Source: Stegostoma tigrinum
Taxonomy: Eukaryota
Direction: 5' to 3'
DNA: 64,000 bases
Assembly: GCF_030684315.1 (NCBI RefSeq)
Contig: NC_081365.1
Location: 35,491,394 to 35,555,393, forward strand
The translations under genes and the position numbers were made by a program. The stretch's first letter is position 1. Each line of letters begins with the position of its first letter. This document shows, piece after piece, positions 1 through 11,879 of the stretch. The notes under the pieces are model-generated. The model was not told where the DNA came from, searched no databases, and was given only the letters and a program-made list of their open reading frames with translations.

Positions 1-264
1 CCGTATGCCATCGTCTCAGTGGTGTTGATGAAATCTCGTGTCACTGGCATCTGTGAGCTGCTGGATTTCCACAGCCTTATCAATCTAACATTTGTTTTTG
101 AGCCTCCTTACCCACTTCTGCACATCAGCTTTGCTTTGGCATAGGCACTTGTTTTGGCCTTGCAGTAATGTTAATCTGCCAGTCACAGAAGGCTGTCCTT
201 TTTCCAGAGATGAGCTGTTCAATTTTACCACCATTCTCATCAAACAGTCCGGATGGTTTCCAGA

Positions 265-551
265 GATAGCAGGAACTGCCAATGCTGGAGAATCTGAGAT
301 AACACGCTGTGAAGCTGGATGAACACAACGGGCCAAGCAGCATCAGAGGAGTAGGAAAGCTTGACGTTTCGGGTCGGGACCCTTCTTCAGAAATGGGGGA
401 GAGGAAGGGGATTCTGGAATAAATAGGGAGACAGGAGGAGGCGGATAGAAGATGGATAAAAGTAGAAGATAGGGTGAGAGGAGACAGACAGGTAAAAGAG
501 GCGGGGTTAGAGCCAGTGAAGGTGAATGTAGGTGGGGAGTTGGGGGGGATA
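265..551 (-). mobile_element. Penelope-like element 3' fragment with hammerhead core
   Basis: Homologous to the 3' end of the PLE at 44290-44648. Minus strand 363-390 reads CTGAAGA-AGGGTCCCGACCC-GAAACGTC. TSD ggatggtttc(c/t)aga at 251-264 and 552-565. Confidence 0.85.
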
Positions 552-1235
552 GGATGGTTTCTAGACTTGTATTGGAGGGCGTTAGAGCAGGTACTGAGAA
601 TGGTTGATTTTAGCAGACTTCAGTATTCTCCTATGTCCTCTGGGTATTCCCAAGATAGAGTTTTAGTAAGTGAGGTCAGTAGATGTCACATAGTAACCAT
701 GTCACCTAGGGTCTTGATGTTGAACCTTGACTGAGTCTGCTTCTTCTGAACCCTCCTCTTTTGGTGTAGTCTGATGGACATTGTAGAACAGATAAGGTGG
801 TGATCAGTCTAGCAGCCATCTGAGCCGATCATAGCTTTGGTGACATTCATGTCCCGAAGGTCCTTGCAGCAAAGAATGACATGCTCAGTAAGGTGCCATT
901 GTTTTGAGTTGGGTACTTCCAAGATGCTTTGAATTTGTTTTTCTGATAGAAGAGTGTGTTTGTGTAGGTGAGGTTGTATTCAGTGCATTTTGTGAGAAAA
1001 AGGACTCCATTGGATTTGAAATTGCCAATACCTTCCTTTCCAATGGTGCCATTCTAATGGTTGTGGCCCCACCAACACTGGCATTGAAGTCTCCCGGAAG
1101 AATTATCTTCTGCTCCTTCGGGGTGCTTGTTGTCAGTATGTTAAGATTGGCATAGAAAATCTTCCTTACTTCCTCTTCTGGGTCAAGGGTTATGGCTTAA
1201 GTACTCACAACTATAGCCATCAGATTAGAACATAC

Positions 1236-1541
1236 GGCATGGTGGCTCAATGGTTAGCGCTGCAGCCTCACAGTGCCAGGGACCTGGGTTCAATCCAGCC
1301 TTGTGCGACTCTGTGTGGAGTTTGCGCATTCTCCCCGTGTCTGCGTGGGTTTCCTCCGGGTGCTCTGGTTTCCTCCCACAGTCCAAAGATGTGCACGCTA
1401 GGTGGATCAGCCATGCCAAATTGCCCGTAGTGTTCAGGGGTGTGTGGGTTATGAGGGGATGGGTCTGGGTAGGATGGTTCAAGGGGTAGTGTGGACTTGT
1501 TGGGCCAAAGGGCCTGTTTCCACACTGTAGGGAACCTAATC
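1236..1541 (+). mobile_element. tRNA-derived V-SINE (HE1-like)
   Basis: A box TGGCTCAATGG, B box GGTTCAATCC, V-SINE core (GTGTGGAGTTTGC..TTCTCCCCGTGTCTGCGTGGGTTTCCTCCGGGTGCTC), CR1/HER1-like tail. 9-bp TSD agaacatac at 1227-1235 and 1542-1550. Confidence 0.9.
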
Positions 1542-1550
1542 AGAACATAC

Positions 1551-1845
1551 AGAACTGTACAGGCTCTTTGGCCCACGCTGTTGTGCTGAACTTTTATCCT
1601 AAACTTAAGGTCTATCTAACCTCCATCCCTATGCCTATCTAATTGCTGCTTAAATGCCCCTAATGAGGCTAACTCCACTACCCTCTCCAGCAATGCATTC
1701 CACACCCCTACCACTCTCTGAGCAAAAAACCCACCTCTGACGTCTCTCCTATATCTACCTCCACTCACTTTAAAACTATGCCCCTGCGTAATAGCTACCT
1801 CCAACCTAGGAAAAAGTCTGGCTGTTCATTCTATCTATACCTCTT
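1551..1845 (-). mobile_element. CR1/HER1 LINE 3' fragment
   Basis: ORF 1616-1804 (TQGHSFKVSGGRYRRDVRGGFFAQRVVGVWNAL) is the CR1 ORF2 C-terminus, followed by the CR1 3' UTR. Confidence 0.85.
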
Positions 1846-3774
1846 GTTGGTGAACATCAGACAGATGGTCAAACAATCCCACAGGAAGTTCAGAGAGGCA
1901 ACTGATGAGCTGGTTCTTAATTGTGAAAGAATTCTGGGCTCATCAGCTGGCTTTCCTTGTCAGAAGAAGGAATAACCACCTTTTACCTTCTTCAGTTGCC
2001 CTTTGTCTGTAAAGGTGGGTTTCAGAAAGACTAGCAAGATTGACCTGGCATTTCTTTAGTTCTCTGGCTATGATTACAGTTCTTCTCTCAGTTCAGTCAT
2101 TGTTAGCTGGGTCCATCAGGGTTCTTACATTCCAGGCTCCAAAGTTTATTATTCTTTACTTCTGACCACATATGGGTGATTCCTCCGGATGTGGTAATTC
2201 AATCATGCGTTTTCAGGCAGACTATTTTTAGGGCATCTTTTCCAGCCCTTTACTGAGGTGAGCACAGCAGATCTTAAACAGGACCTGTTTTGAGGAAGGG
2301 TTACTAGATCTGAAACATTCCAATTTCTCTCCACAGATGCTGCCAGATCTGTGTTTTTCCAGCAATTTCTGCTGCTCAGTCGTGGGCACAGTTGTTGAAA
2401 TGCTCTACCTGCTTCATCCAGAGCAAGACAACTGAATCTGACACCCAAACCTAATGTGTCAGTTTGTGATTAGGGACTTGCAGATTTCACAATCCTGCGC
2501 CCCCCTCCGCTGCTAGCTGATCACCATAGGACTATTGTCTGGGATGTAAATAGAACTGGTGCCTCTTGGGAGGATGCCTGTGGGTGGTATTTTTTTAACA
2601 TGGGGAAGCTGGTGTACAGACAACCACCACATGAACTTTGGCAGATAAGGGTCAAACCCAGTGGCATGGAGACCAAGGTGATTGACAGCCGTTTCTGTTG
2701 TAGCTTACATTTATTTGCCTTCACAACCATTGTGGTGCAGTAATTTAAGTTCAGCTATCAGCCTCTGCCTGATTCACTGCTGAAGTCTTCATGAACCGCG
2801 TTTTGTTGGGAACCTACCCCTTGATCTGACTGTCACGGGTAACCCTTCAGGAGCTACTTTCCAGAAGGTTTAGCTTTCGGGTTCCTAGGCATACACAAGG
2901 CTCTCCACCGTCACCACCCCCCACCCCCCAAAAACAAGGTGTGATCCTTGGAGAGGTTATGTAATAATATTATGTAATAACTACTGTCAAACCATCTATC
3001 CTTCCCTGCAAAAAATAATTTCAGGTTGAGTCATATTCAAGAATATTAATGTTGCAGATTTTTAAACAAAAGTTTAATTTTTTCTGCTTCTGTTTTTCCA
3101 TTAACCCTGTATCTTTGTACAAGAAGCAAAATAATTATTCAAAATGTATTTTATATTCACTAATTTTGTGTCAAATGAAGATTCTTCAACAGATTTGTTG
3201 AATACTCTTTCTTTGATTTCTCTGCTCACAGATGTGCTGAGATCAAGTAGATGTGGAGATTACTAGTAATCTCATTTGCTTTTATCTTGTGCTCTAAGAC
3301 AATTACCTGTACATTGAATACTGTCTGGACTATTGTTGGCTGTGGATATCTGCAATATACACTGTCCCTGAGGATGCTTGCTCCTTATCATTAACAAGGC
3401 TCTTCATCTGTAAACACTATTTACATCCGCACATAGGAAAAGAAAACTACAATTCATAAACTATGCTCATTCTAAGATGGTATCTCTTACTGATGCCACA
3501 GTCATATGTTCAATTGCATCGTGATATACATAAATCTCATCATACCACATCACTGACAAGCCTGCTAGAGGTCCACGGATGTGAAAGGTGCACAGTAAAA
3601 GTTGTTCCTTCACTGCTAACAGCAAAATCCATTTCATGGAATTTCTGAAGCAGAAAATCCTATTCTGTGATCTGCGTCACTGTCAAGCTAATTTATTTGT
3701 GTCAACTAGATGTTTTATAAATTTAGAACCTGCTATTGTAGAGGATGCTGTCACTTTTTGTGGCAATTTGTCAT

Positions 3775-5515
3775 CTTACCATATTATGTATTGACTCATC
3801 TGTGCATGGATGGCATCACCGGTTTCTACTCAGATCCGCTGTCAGTGCATAGACTCATGAGCATCTGTAACCTGTTTGAACTGGCTTTGGGAGCTAAGGT
3901 AAATCAAGGCAAGAATGACACCATTTTCTTTGGGAGCTGGGCCACTGATCCTTTTAGATCCTTCACTGTCAGATCAGATTATCTGAAGATGCTAGGTATA
4001 TGGTTTGGAGGGGCCCAGGGGCATGTGCCAAAACTTGGGAGGAGTGTATTGCCAAGGTGTGATGGAAACTAGAGCAGGTGGGAACACCCATTGAGGGTAA
4101 AAAGCTAGACATCCGGTGTGAGGCACTATTTTTCTTGTTGTATGTGGCACAGGTCTGGACTATTCCCCAAGCCTGTGTCATTGCAGTTACCCAAGTCGTC
4201 TTCCATTTCACCTGGAGATCAAAGATAGACCATGCCCAAAGCTCTGGAAAAACAGGGGAAGAATGTATCCAACTTGATCCCACCTTCATCCTAATGGCCA
4301 CCTTTGTGTGTGGCTGCAGCAAACTGTGTGCAGACCCTCAATTTGTAAACACTGAATTTCACTAAGTACTGAGGTTCTACCTGTTCCCCATGTTGCAAAT
4401 GATAGGTCTGGCCTCATTGCTGTGGAATTCTCCAAGTAATTGGACAACTCTGTTTTACCTGTTCCCCATGGAAAAAATCTGCAAAGGAAACATCTTTGAT
4501 CACAAGTCCATCAGATAGTGTTCATGTAGCATCCCAGACGCTGTGGGAAAAGGAAAGAGCTGATTGATTTGGATAGTTTCTTGAGCAGACAAGTCATTTG
4601 GCAGAATGCCTCCTCATCAGCACTTTCCAACAGCATCTAGATGACGCTTGGCTGGTGGTAATAAGGGACATTCTCCACCACCATACTGCCCTTGAAGCGG
4701 CTGTGGCAATGAGGAGGTACAAAAAAGCAGACAGTCACATCTCCTGGAATGTAGAAAGAGGTGTGAAGCGTGATGCAATGGTTTTTGTCAAGGTTCATTC
4801 TGAGTGATGAGAAATCTGCAACCTCAGGGTGCACAACAAGATCAATTTCAACTTTGCTTGGAAGACCATCAACTGAGTGAAAAATGCTCTTTGTTCTGCC
4901 TGAAACCTGATCTTCCTGTGCAAAGATAACAAAGTGTGAAGCTGGATGAACACAGCAGGCCAAGCAGCATCTCAGGAGCACAAAAGCTGATGTTTCAGGC
5001 CTAGACCCTTCATCAGAGCTCTGATGAAGGGTCTAGGCCCGAAACATCAGCTTTTGTGCTCCTGAGATGCTGCTTGGCCTGCTGTGTTCATCCAGCTCCA
5101 CACTTTGTTATCTTGGATTCTCCAGCATCTGCAGTTCCCATTATCTTTTCCAGTGCAAAGAGTTGAGTTTGACCGATTTGTTGTAGACCGGCACATTCCG
5201 AGGTCCAGGACTATGTGCTGAGGGACGCACTAACGCTTGGACCGTCTGTTGCGAAGGCATGTTGGGAAAAGACCACCCAAGGTCTTTCTGTCAAATTTAA
5301 ATGGGGGTTCATTCAGTTATCAGACCCTCTCATTGCCTTGAACATATGTAAATAGTGTCCTGCATGAATAAGAATACCTTTGACATTTGCAACCGCAGGG
5401 AACATCAGATCCAATGCTTGTTTATCTTAATATGCAAAGACTGTACAAAACTGCTTTAGTACCTGTGTACAAAGACATTTTTTGAAGTGACTAAACATAT
5501 TTTTGCAATAAAAAT
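3775..5515 (+). mobile_element. Decayed Tx1/L1-clade LINE, RT C-terminal part and 3' end
   Basis: LCMDGITGF.SDPLSVHRLMSICNLFELALGAKVN..LKMLGIWFGG resembles the Tx1/L1 RT (YMDD-region derivative). Many stops; ends at AATAAAAA near 5508. Interrupted at 4926-5147. Confidence 0.7.
4926..5147. mobile_element. Palindromic PLE-derived mini-element with two head-to-head hammerhead cores
   Basis: Inverted repeat with 96-bp arms 4923-5018 and 5019-5114 (about 2 mismatches, no spacer), plus a 33-nt tail on the right. TSD ttcc(t/a)gtgcaaag at 4913-4925 and 5148-5160. Confidence 0.9.
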
Positions 5516-5863
5516 CATTACCTGTTGACCTATCATGCGCTATACCTTCAAGCTAAAATATGGTGTGTCAGCACGCATGCTAAAAAGAAAGTAGTTCTCT
5601 TGGTATGTTGTAATTACTTGTCTTTTATTTTTATATGGCTCTTTTGGCATTTCATTCAAAGATGGGAATCTTATTTTGAAGGTTATATTTAATGTAAGGA
5701 GAATAAACCCGTTTTGTTGGGGCATTCTCTGTCTAAGCAAGTTATATTTCTTTTGAAACTCCTAACCTTTCATGACTTACAACAAACTTCTGCCAATGAG
5801 TTTCTGCAACCAGCAGCTGGGAAATATTGGTAATGGTTTGGTGTAACTTTAACCTGGGTGAGT

Positions 5864-6440
5864 GATAATGGGAACTGCAGATGCTGGAGAATCCAAGATA
5901 ATAAAATGTGAGGCTGGATGAACACAGCAGGCCCAGCAGCATCTCAAGAGCACAAAAGCTGACGTTTCGGGCCTAGACCCTTCTTCAGAGAGGGTGAGGG
6001 TTCTGGAATAAATAGGGAGAGTTCGTCCCCTCCCCCCACTGCACCACACAACCAGCCCAGCTCTTCCCCTCCACCCACTGCATCCCAAAACCAGTCCAAC
6101 CCGTCTCTGCCTCCCTAATCTGTTCTTCCTCTCACCCATCCCTTCCTCCCACCCCAAGCCGCACCTCCATCTCCTACTTACTAACCTCGTCCCACCTCCT
6201 TGGCCTGTCCGTCTTCCCTGGACTGGCCTATCCCCTCCCTACCTCCCCACCTGTGCTCTCCTCTCCACCTGTCGTCTTTTCTCTCCATCTTTGGTCCACT
6301 TCCCCCTCTCTCCCTATTTATTCCAGAACCCTCACCCCATCCCCCACTCTGATGAAGGGTCTAGGCCCGAAACATCAGCTTTTGTGCTGCTGAGATGCTG
6401 CTGGGCCTGCTGTGTTCATCCAGCCTCACATTTTATTATC
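5864..6440. mobile_element. Tail-outward inverted PLE 3'-end element
   Basis: 5864-about 6020 is the PLE 3' end in minus orientation (core 5961-5988). About 6021-6440 is the same 3' end in plus orientation (core 6349-6376). 15-bp TSD ttaacctgggtgagt at 5849-5863 and 6441-6455. Confidence 0.9.
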
Positions 6441-8176
6441 TTAACCTGGGTGAGTTTGGGTTTGGCTAAGAGCTTAGATGTTAAAGCTTGAAATGCCAAA
6501 ACACACTGTCTCACTAAAATTTGGGGGCCAACTAGCTGAACACACAGTAGTGGGGTGGGGGTGGGGGGGAATCCAACTCATTTCCAGGCGCTGGATTGCT
6601 ACTTAAACATGCTAATGAGGTTAAAAGCTTCAGGTTTAATTGTGGGGTATGGGTTTCCATACACTGGGAATTCCAGCAAGACATGAAAGCCTCAGAAAGG
6701 CAAGTGCCTCCAGTGTGTACACTGTGCACATGTGCATGGAGAGGGAGAAGGAAGGAGAGAGAGAAAGAGATCAGAACTGTTTTATCTACACAACCCCAAT
6801 ATCTCCAGACAAAATCATACTTTGGGTTGGACTCTTTTGGATCCTCCTGGATCAGATCCTTTCCCTAGTGTCAGAATGAGGCACCTCTGGAATTGCAAGA
6901 CTACTTGGGATCAGGACTTTGACTCTCTGCACGAGTTGATGACTGGATGGCTTAGTCCTGCGGCATCATCCAGGATTTTCACTGCCCAGCAGAAAGCGAG
7001 CCTTTTGATCAATTAATTACTTTCCAGTGGAGAATCTGTTTGGGTCAAATGTTACATCAAATCCAGATTTGGATTTTCTCATGAGCTATTGGACTTCTCC
7101 AGCAAGTAAAAGTTTCCTCCAGTACTTCAGCTTAGAGACTTGACAATGAAAGCTTAGGTCAAATTTGTGTCCTCGCTTTCCAACAATTGTTAGCAGTATA
7201 AAGTTTTAATACGGTTATGATTTTGGACTCTTTAAGGTAAAATGGAAGGAGGAAGAAGTTCGTATGACCTGGTCAGAATGCTGAACAATTCAGTGGCTTG
7301 GGTTGCTGTGGAGATGAAAGGGTCCCTAAGTCAAGAGGTTTGTTGAGGAGGTACTAGATATTCATATCCATTGTAGAAAAGCAAGAGCAGCTGTGCTGAC
7401 TGAGGAGGCTGTTCATCTCCAAGTCTCACATGGCAGTGTTAGGAATATTAGGCCTTAAATGGTTAATTTAAAATCTGTTTAATTTCAAGTTAGAATGCGG
7501 TTGAGGTCTAGAAGATAGCTAATTGTCAATTCGCCCTGCATATGTCTGGCATGATTCAAATTGTCACAGAAATGACTTTGAGAGGGCAAGAGTCCGCAGA
7601 AAGTCATTGTAGGATTGTTCTTAACATAACACATCACTGAACTGCTCAGACCAAAGTCGGTCTGCAAAAAACAGAGTAAGAGGGGATAGCAGGAATATAG
7701 CGTTGGCTATCCTGTACCTGAAGCAGAGAAAAATGATGATTCTCCTGTTCATTATACAATGCAGGTGGGAGCTTTCATTCTGATCGAAAAGAATGCATTC
7801 GTGAGAATTTAAAAGGAGAATGGAAGATTTACTTAGGGGCAGTTAAGAGTCAACCACATTACTGTGGGTCTGGAGTCACATGTAGGCCTAACCAGGTAAG
7901 GACAGCAGATTTCCTTTCTTAAACAAAAAGGACATTGGTGACCCAATACAGTCTTATGACAATTGACAATAGTTATGTGGTCACCGTTGTGCTAGTTGTT
8001 TTGATACTATAGATAGTGAAATTTGAATTTTGTCAATCTATAGTAAGGGATTTGAATCAATGTCTCCAGATCATTAGCCTGGGTTCTGAATTCCCATTTC
8101 CACAATGCCATCACCTCTCCCTTTTACTTAGTCCGTTTAATGCAAAGGCGAAAGTTCTTTAAACAAGTGTTTTTAC

Positions 8177-8397
8177 CTCATGGGCATGTTTAGAGAATGT
8201 CTCTGCACTCGCCATCATAGCTGCAGTTCGGTCCTCCAGTTCACCCAGTCTCTGTCCACGTTCATCCAAAGCAATCCGAGCACGGGCTAGATCTCCAACA
8301 ACCCCAGAGGCTGCACCTTTAACTCCCTCAAGTCCACCAGGTCCAGGGATATGCTGAGCAAGAGTCCGAGATGCCTTGCCTGCTGAAGCTTCACCAA
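8177..8397 (-). CDS. STXBP5L: STXBP5L (tomosyn-2) coding exon, R-SNARE motif (penultimate coding exon)
   Basis: ttaag|TT..GAG|gtaaaa, 221 nt, phase 1 to 0. Encodes (F)GEASAGKASRTLAQHIPGPGGLEGVKGAASGVVGDLARARIALDERGQRLGELEDRTAAMMASAETFSKHAHE, the tomosyn VAMP-like domain. Confidence 0.97.
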
Positions 8398-11300
8398 CTT
8401 AAGAGTAAAAATATTAGGAAAATATATTTACTAGAGGGCTTTCAATATTCCAGAAAATAAATGTCTACATTTATTTTGGCCAGTGGTAAAACTTGCAGCT
8501 GGACTTTAGGTTTTCTTAATTTCTCCTGCAGTGTGTATCGGCATGTCGTGTAGAAAGCCACATCAAAAGGTTTAAGTAATTAAGTGGACACTGCATATGT
8601 TTTTATTGTCTTGATATTTGAAACAGTAGCCAAAGTAAATTTGTAGGTTGATTCTAGTATTTACGATAATGAAGCATTTTTAGCAAGAAATGCCAGATTT
8701 TTAGGGGATGATGTGTAGTGGAAATATCACCAGGGTAGTAACCCAGAGGCCAAGGGAAATGCTCTGGAACACAAATTCCGATCGCAGCACAGCAGCTTAA
8801 ACTCCAGTAATAAATATGGAATAGGGCGATTAGCATCCTATACATCACCATAAACATTCATTCTTTCCATCACAAATCTACAAGGCGTGCAGTATAATGG
8901 ATTACCAGATTCATTGTGGTAACTCATTGAATGTCTTTCCACAACATCTGTAAAACCCATTACCTCCATCACCATGACAGACAACAGCAGCATTCATTTG
9001 GGAATGTCAACTCATGCAATTTCCTCTCCATGCCACAAACACACATACACACATTATTCTGACATTGGAATTATAACTGTCATTGTTACCAAATTAGAAG
9101 CTAAAATTCCTTAACAGCACAAAGGATGTACCCACAATACATTAACTGCTACAAGTCAGGGTGGTGTTTTACTACAATTTAAAAAAAGCAGCAAAAATGT
9201 TATTTTGAGGGCCAGGGAATCTGGACAATGGACAATTAGATCTGTTAAAAATATATATTTTTCAATTAGGTTACAGAATCAAAGCAGTATACAAAGTAAG
9301 ATAATTGACATCTGTCTGAGGAAATCTCAAAGCATTCCACATGGTCATAGAGATGAAGTGAGGAAGAAAAATATTTTAATTTAACTGAGTGTTTGCTCAT
9401 AAAGTAGGAAATTCTAGTTTTTGTATGCTATAGACTGTAGCTCACTGGAACAAGGTGAGCCAAAGGAAACCAATGTTAGTCAGATTTTCATTTCAAGACG
9501 AGAAAATACAGACTTTGTTGCTCACTGTTTAATGTGAGTGAGGTTTGGAATTGGAGGTGAAAAGCAGCTGGAAGATTTGCCATGTTCAGAGCTAGAAGGG
9601 AAAGCTACAGATATTGTCAGAACTTTGTGTTAATTTGCAGAGAGAAAATAACCACTAAGTGTTGGGAACAGTGGGAACAATGGCAGCACAGAAGCTATAG
9701 GAGCATGGGCGTTATTAGGGAATAGCTCTGTTCCTCGTTTTAAAGCACAAAGCAAAAATACAGTTAAATAAAACAAAGAACTGTGAATGCTGGAGATCTG
9801 AAACAAAAATAAGTTGCTGGAGAAACTCAGCAGGTCTGACAGCATCTGTGGTGACAAAACAGTTAATGCTTCAAGTCCAATGATTGTTCATTGGAATACA
9901 ATTAAGCCTAAATTTGAGCTGAAGAGTCCATGTACTGAAGATTTAAAAATAATTTTGAAGATTGCATAGTCAAAAGTTGTTGCAAGGAACCTCATGAAAT
10001 TTTATACCTCCAAATGCTAAGGAGAATCTAAATTAAATTTCAAAGGGTTGTGACATATTTTGAGGGTTTCCCAGAAGAAGGGTAATTAACCTTCATAGCT
10101 TAATTCACAGCTTTTAAAATCATTGCATACAATAGCTTGTTTTAAAACCAAGAAATTACAGCATAATTCAGTTAATTACTGGGCGTTTAGATTTCTCCTT
10201 TTAAATATTAGTGGTCATAACAGGATCACAACACCATCGCCTTCATGAAGGCAATTAAAGATGCTGATCACTTATCTGTGAATGAGTTATAAAAGAAATC
10301 CCTTGTCCCTTGACTAACAATTAAACTACCTCTGAAGCCTGCTAGCACTTGATTTGAACATAAGAAATAGAAGCAGGGGAAGACTGAGTCCTGACCTACT
10401 ATTTAGGTTTTATCTTGGGTTCTAACTCTACTTTCTAGATGGTCGTATAAGGGCCTTGATTTAAGGAGAGGCTATAAATCTACATATTTGACTGGTATAC
10501 ATACAATAATGCTGAGAGAGAGGATTCCAAAGATTTTCAGTCCTTTGAATGAAGAAATTTCTCCTAATTAATTGGTTCTTTGTCCTGAAACTTGGCTAAA
10601 ATGGGTGGCTGTACTGCCAATCCTCACACAATTCTGGGACTAGAAATAGTGCAGGTGGGTGGCTGCTAAGAACCAGGTCTTGTTTTTGATACTCCCTCCC
10701 ACTTTCCCCCACACTGCCCAAAACTCAGAAATGACCCTCCAACAAAGCACTTACCAGAAGCCTTGGTTCTCTTGATCTTGGCTATCCTTCTAGTAGCAGC
10801 CAAAGCCATTTTATCAAGGAAAGTGGCATTGAGCTAGGATCTAATTGAATTATTGAGTAAGCTTATAGGCTAAATGGCCTACTGCTATTCCTATGTTGCT
10901 ATATATCTGTCACTTTGAGCATGTAAGAAAGGAACCTAACAAAAATGAACGATTCACTCAACATCTCAGTATCTATCCTGTCAATCCCATACATAATTTC
11001 GAATGTTTCAATGAAAGCATTTCTTATTCTTCTAAACTCTAGAGAACCTAAACCAAATTTACTCACTTCCTCATCATTGAGCAACATGTATCCTGAGAAC
11101 CAATCTTGTAAACCTTCATAATACTACTTTTGAAGTAGGAATATCTCTTATTAAATATGAAAACCTAGTGTCCCACAGGTGTGGTTTCATACTCTGCACA
11201 ATTGTAGTCAGACGTATGTCATACTTCAACCTCTTTATACAAAAAAACCAGCATAGTATTTGTTTTCGTAATTGCTTGCTGCACCTACACTGCAAATTTT

Positions 11301-11650
11301 GTGTGGTCTTTAGAAATCGAATAGATAGCTATCAGAACATTCATTCACAATATAGCAACATGCATACATTTAAAAAAAACACCTCACTTAAAGAAAGGAA
11401 AAGTAAACATAATTAATTTCAGAAGAGGGGAGAAAGGCAAATTGGTACAAAAAAAGGAATATTACCTTTCCATCATTTTATGAAACAAATTTGAATGTAA
11501 ATTTATTCTAATTTTCTTTATCATTTTTAATATTTTTATGGCATGGAATCTTTTGGTTCCTGACCAAAATCAAGTAGAAAAGGAATGTTTACTTGATAAT
11601 AGTTGGGAAATGTCGTGATGACATCTTACAGCACCTTCTGATCAACTTAC

Positions 11651-11762
11651 ATAATTCTTCTCTGTCAAATGTTTGTCCACTTCCTCCAAACAACCCCTTT
11701 AAGAAGCCTCTATTTTGGGCTTCTGGGGTTTCAATTGGGGTAAACAAATCTCCAAGCATTTC
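11651..11762 (-). CDS. STXBP5L: STXBP5L coding exon
   Basis: ttcag|GAA..TTAT|gtaagt, 112 nt, phase 0 to 1. EMLGDLFTPIETPEAQNRGFLKGLFGGSGQTFDREEL; GGSGQTFD fits tomosyn-2 rather than tomosyn-1 (GGGAQSLD). Confidence 0.97.
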
Positions 11763-11879
11763 CTGAAAAAGTGGAAATTTAGTATCAATAACCTCCAATC
11801 TCATGAATAAAGGCGGCAGCTAAGAGAAATGGTATCAATTAGTGATGCTGACTGCCTCACCTAGAGTCCTCACCTTGCC

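Larger units (their letters stand above)
1..2160 (-). mobile_element. Decayed RTE-clade LINE (APE endonuclease region), interrupted by younger insertions
   Basis: Minus-strand translation gives broken RTE-type EN motifs: FGAWNVRTLMD..ERRT..IARELK..LSET (about 2020-2150) and QWHL..HVIL..KDLRDMNVTKAMIGSDGC*TDHHLI (about 790-900). Stops and frameshifts are present. A probable 5' region continues to about 2950. Confidence 0.75.

Noticed and set aside
1-8176. Search for the terminal STXBP5L exon (expected xMLKYKDKKWYQF*), including ORF 5540-5740 (-)
   Set aside because: No matching sequence was found by eye and the ORF is unrelated. The exon probably lies left of the window.
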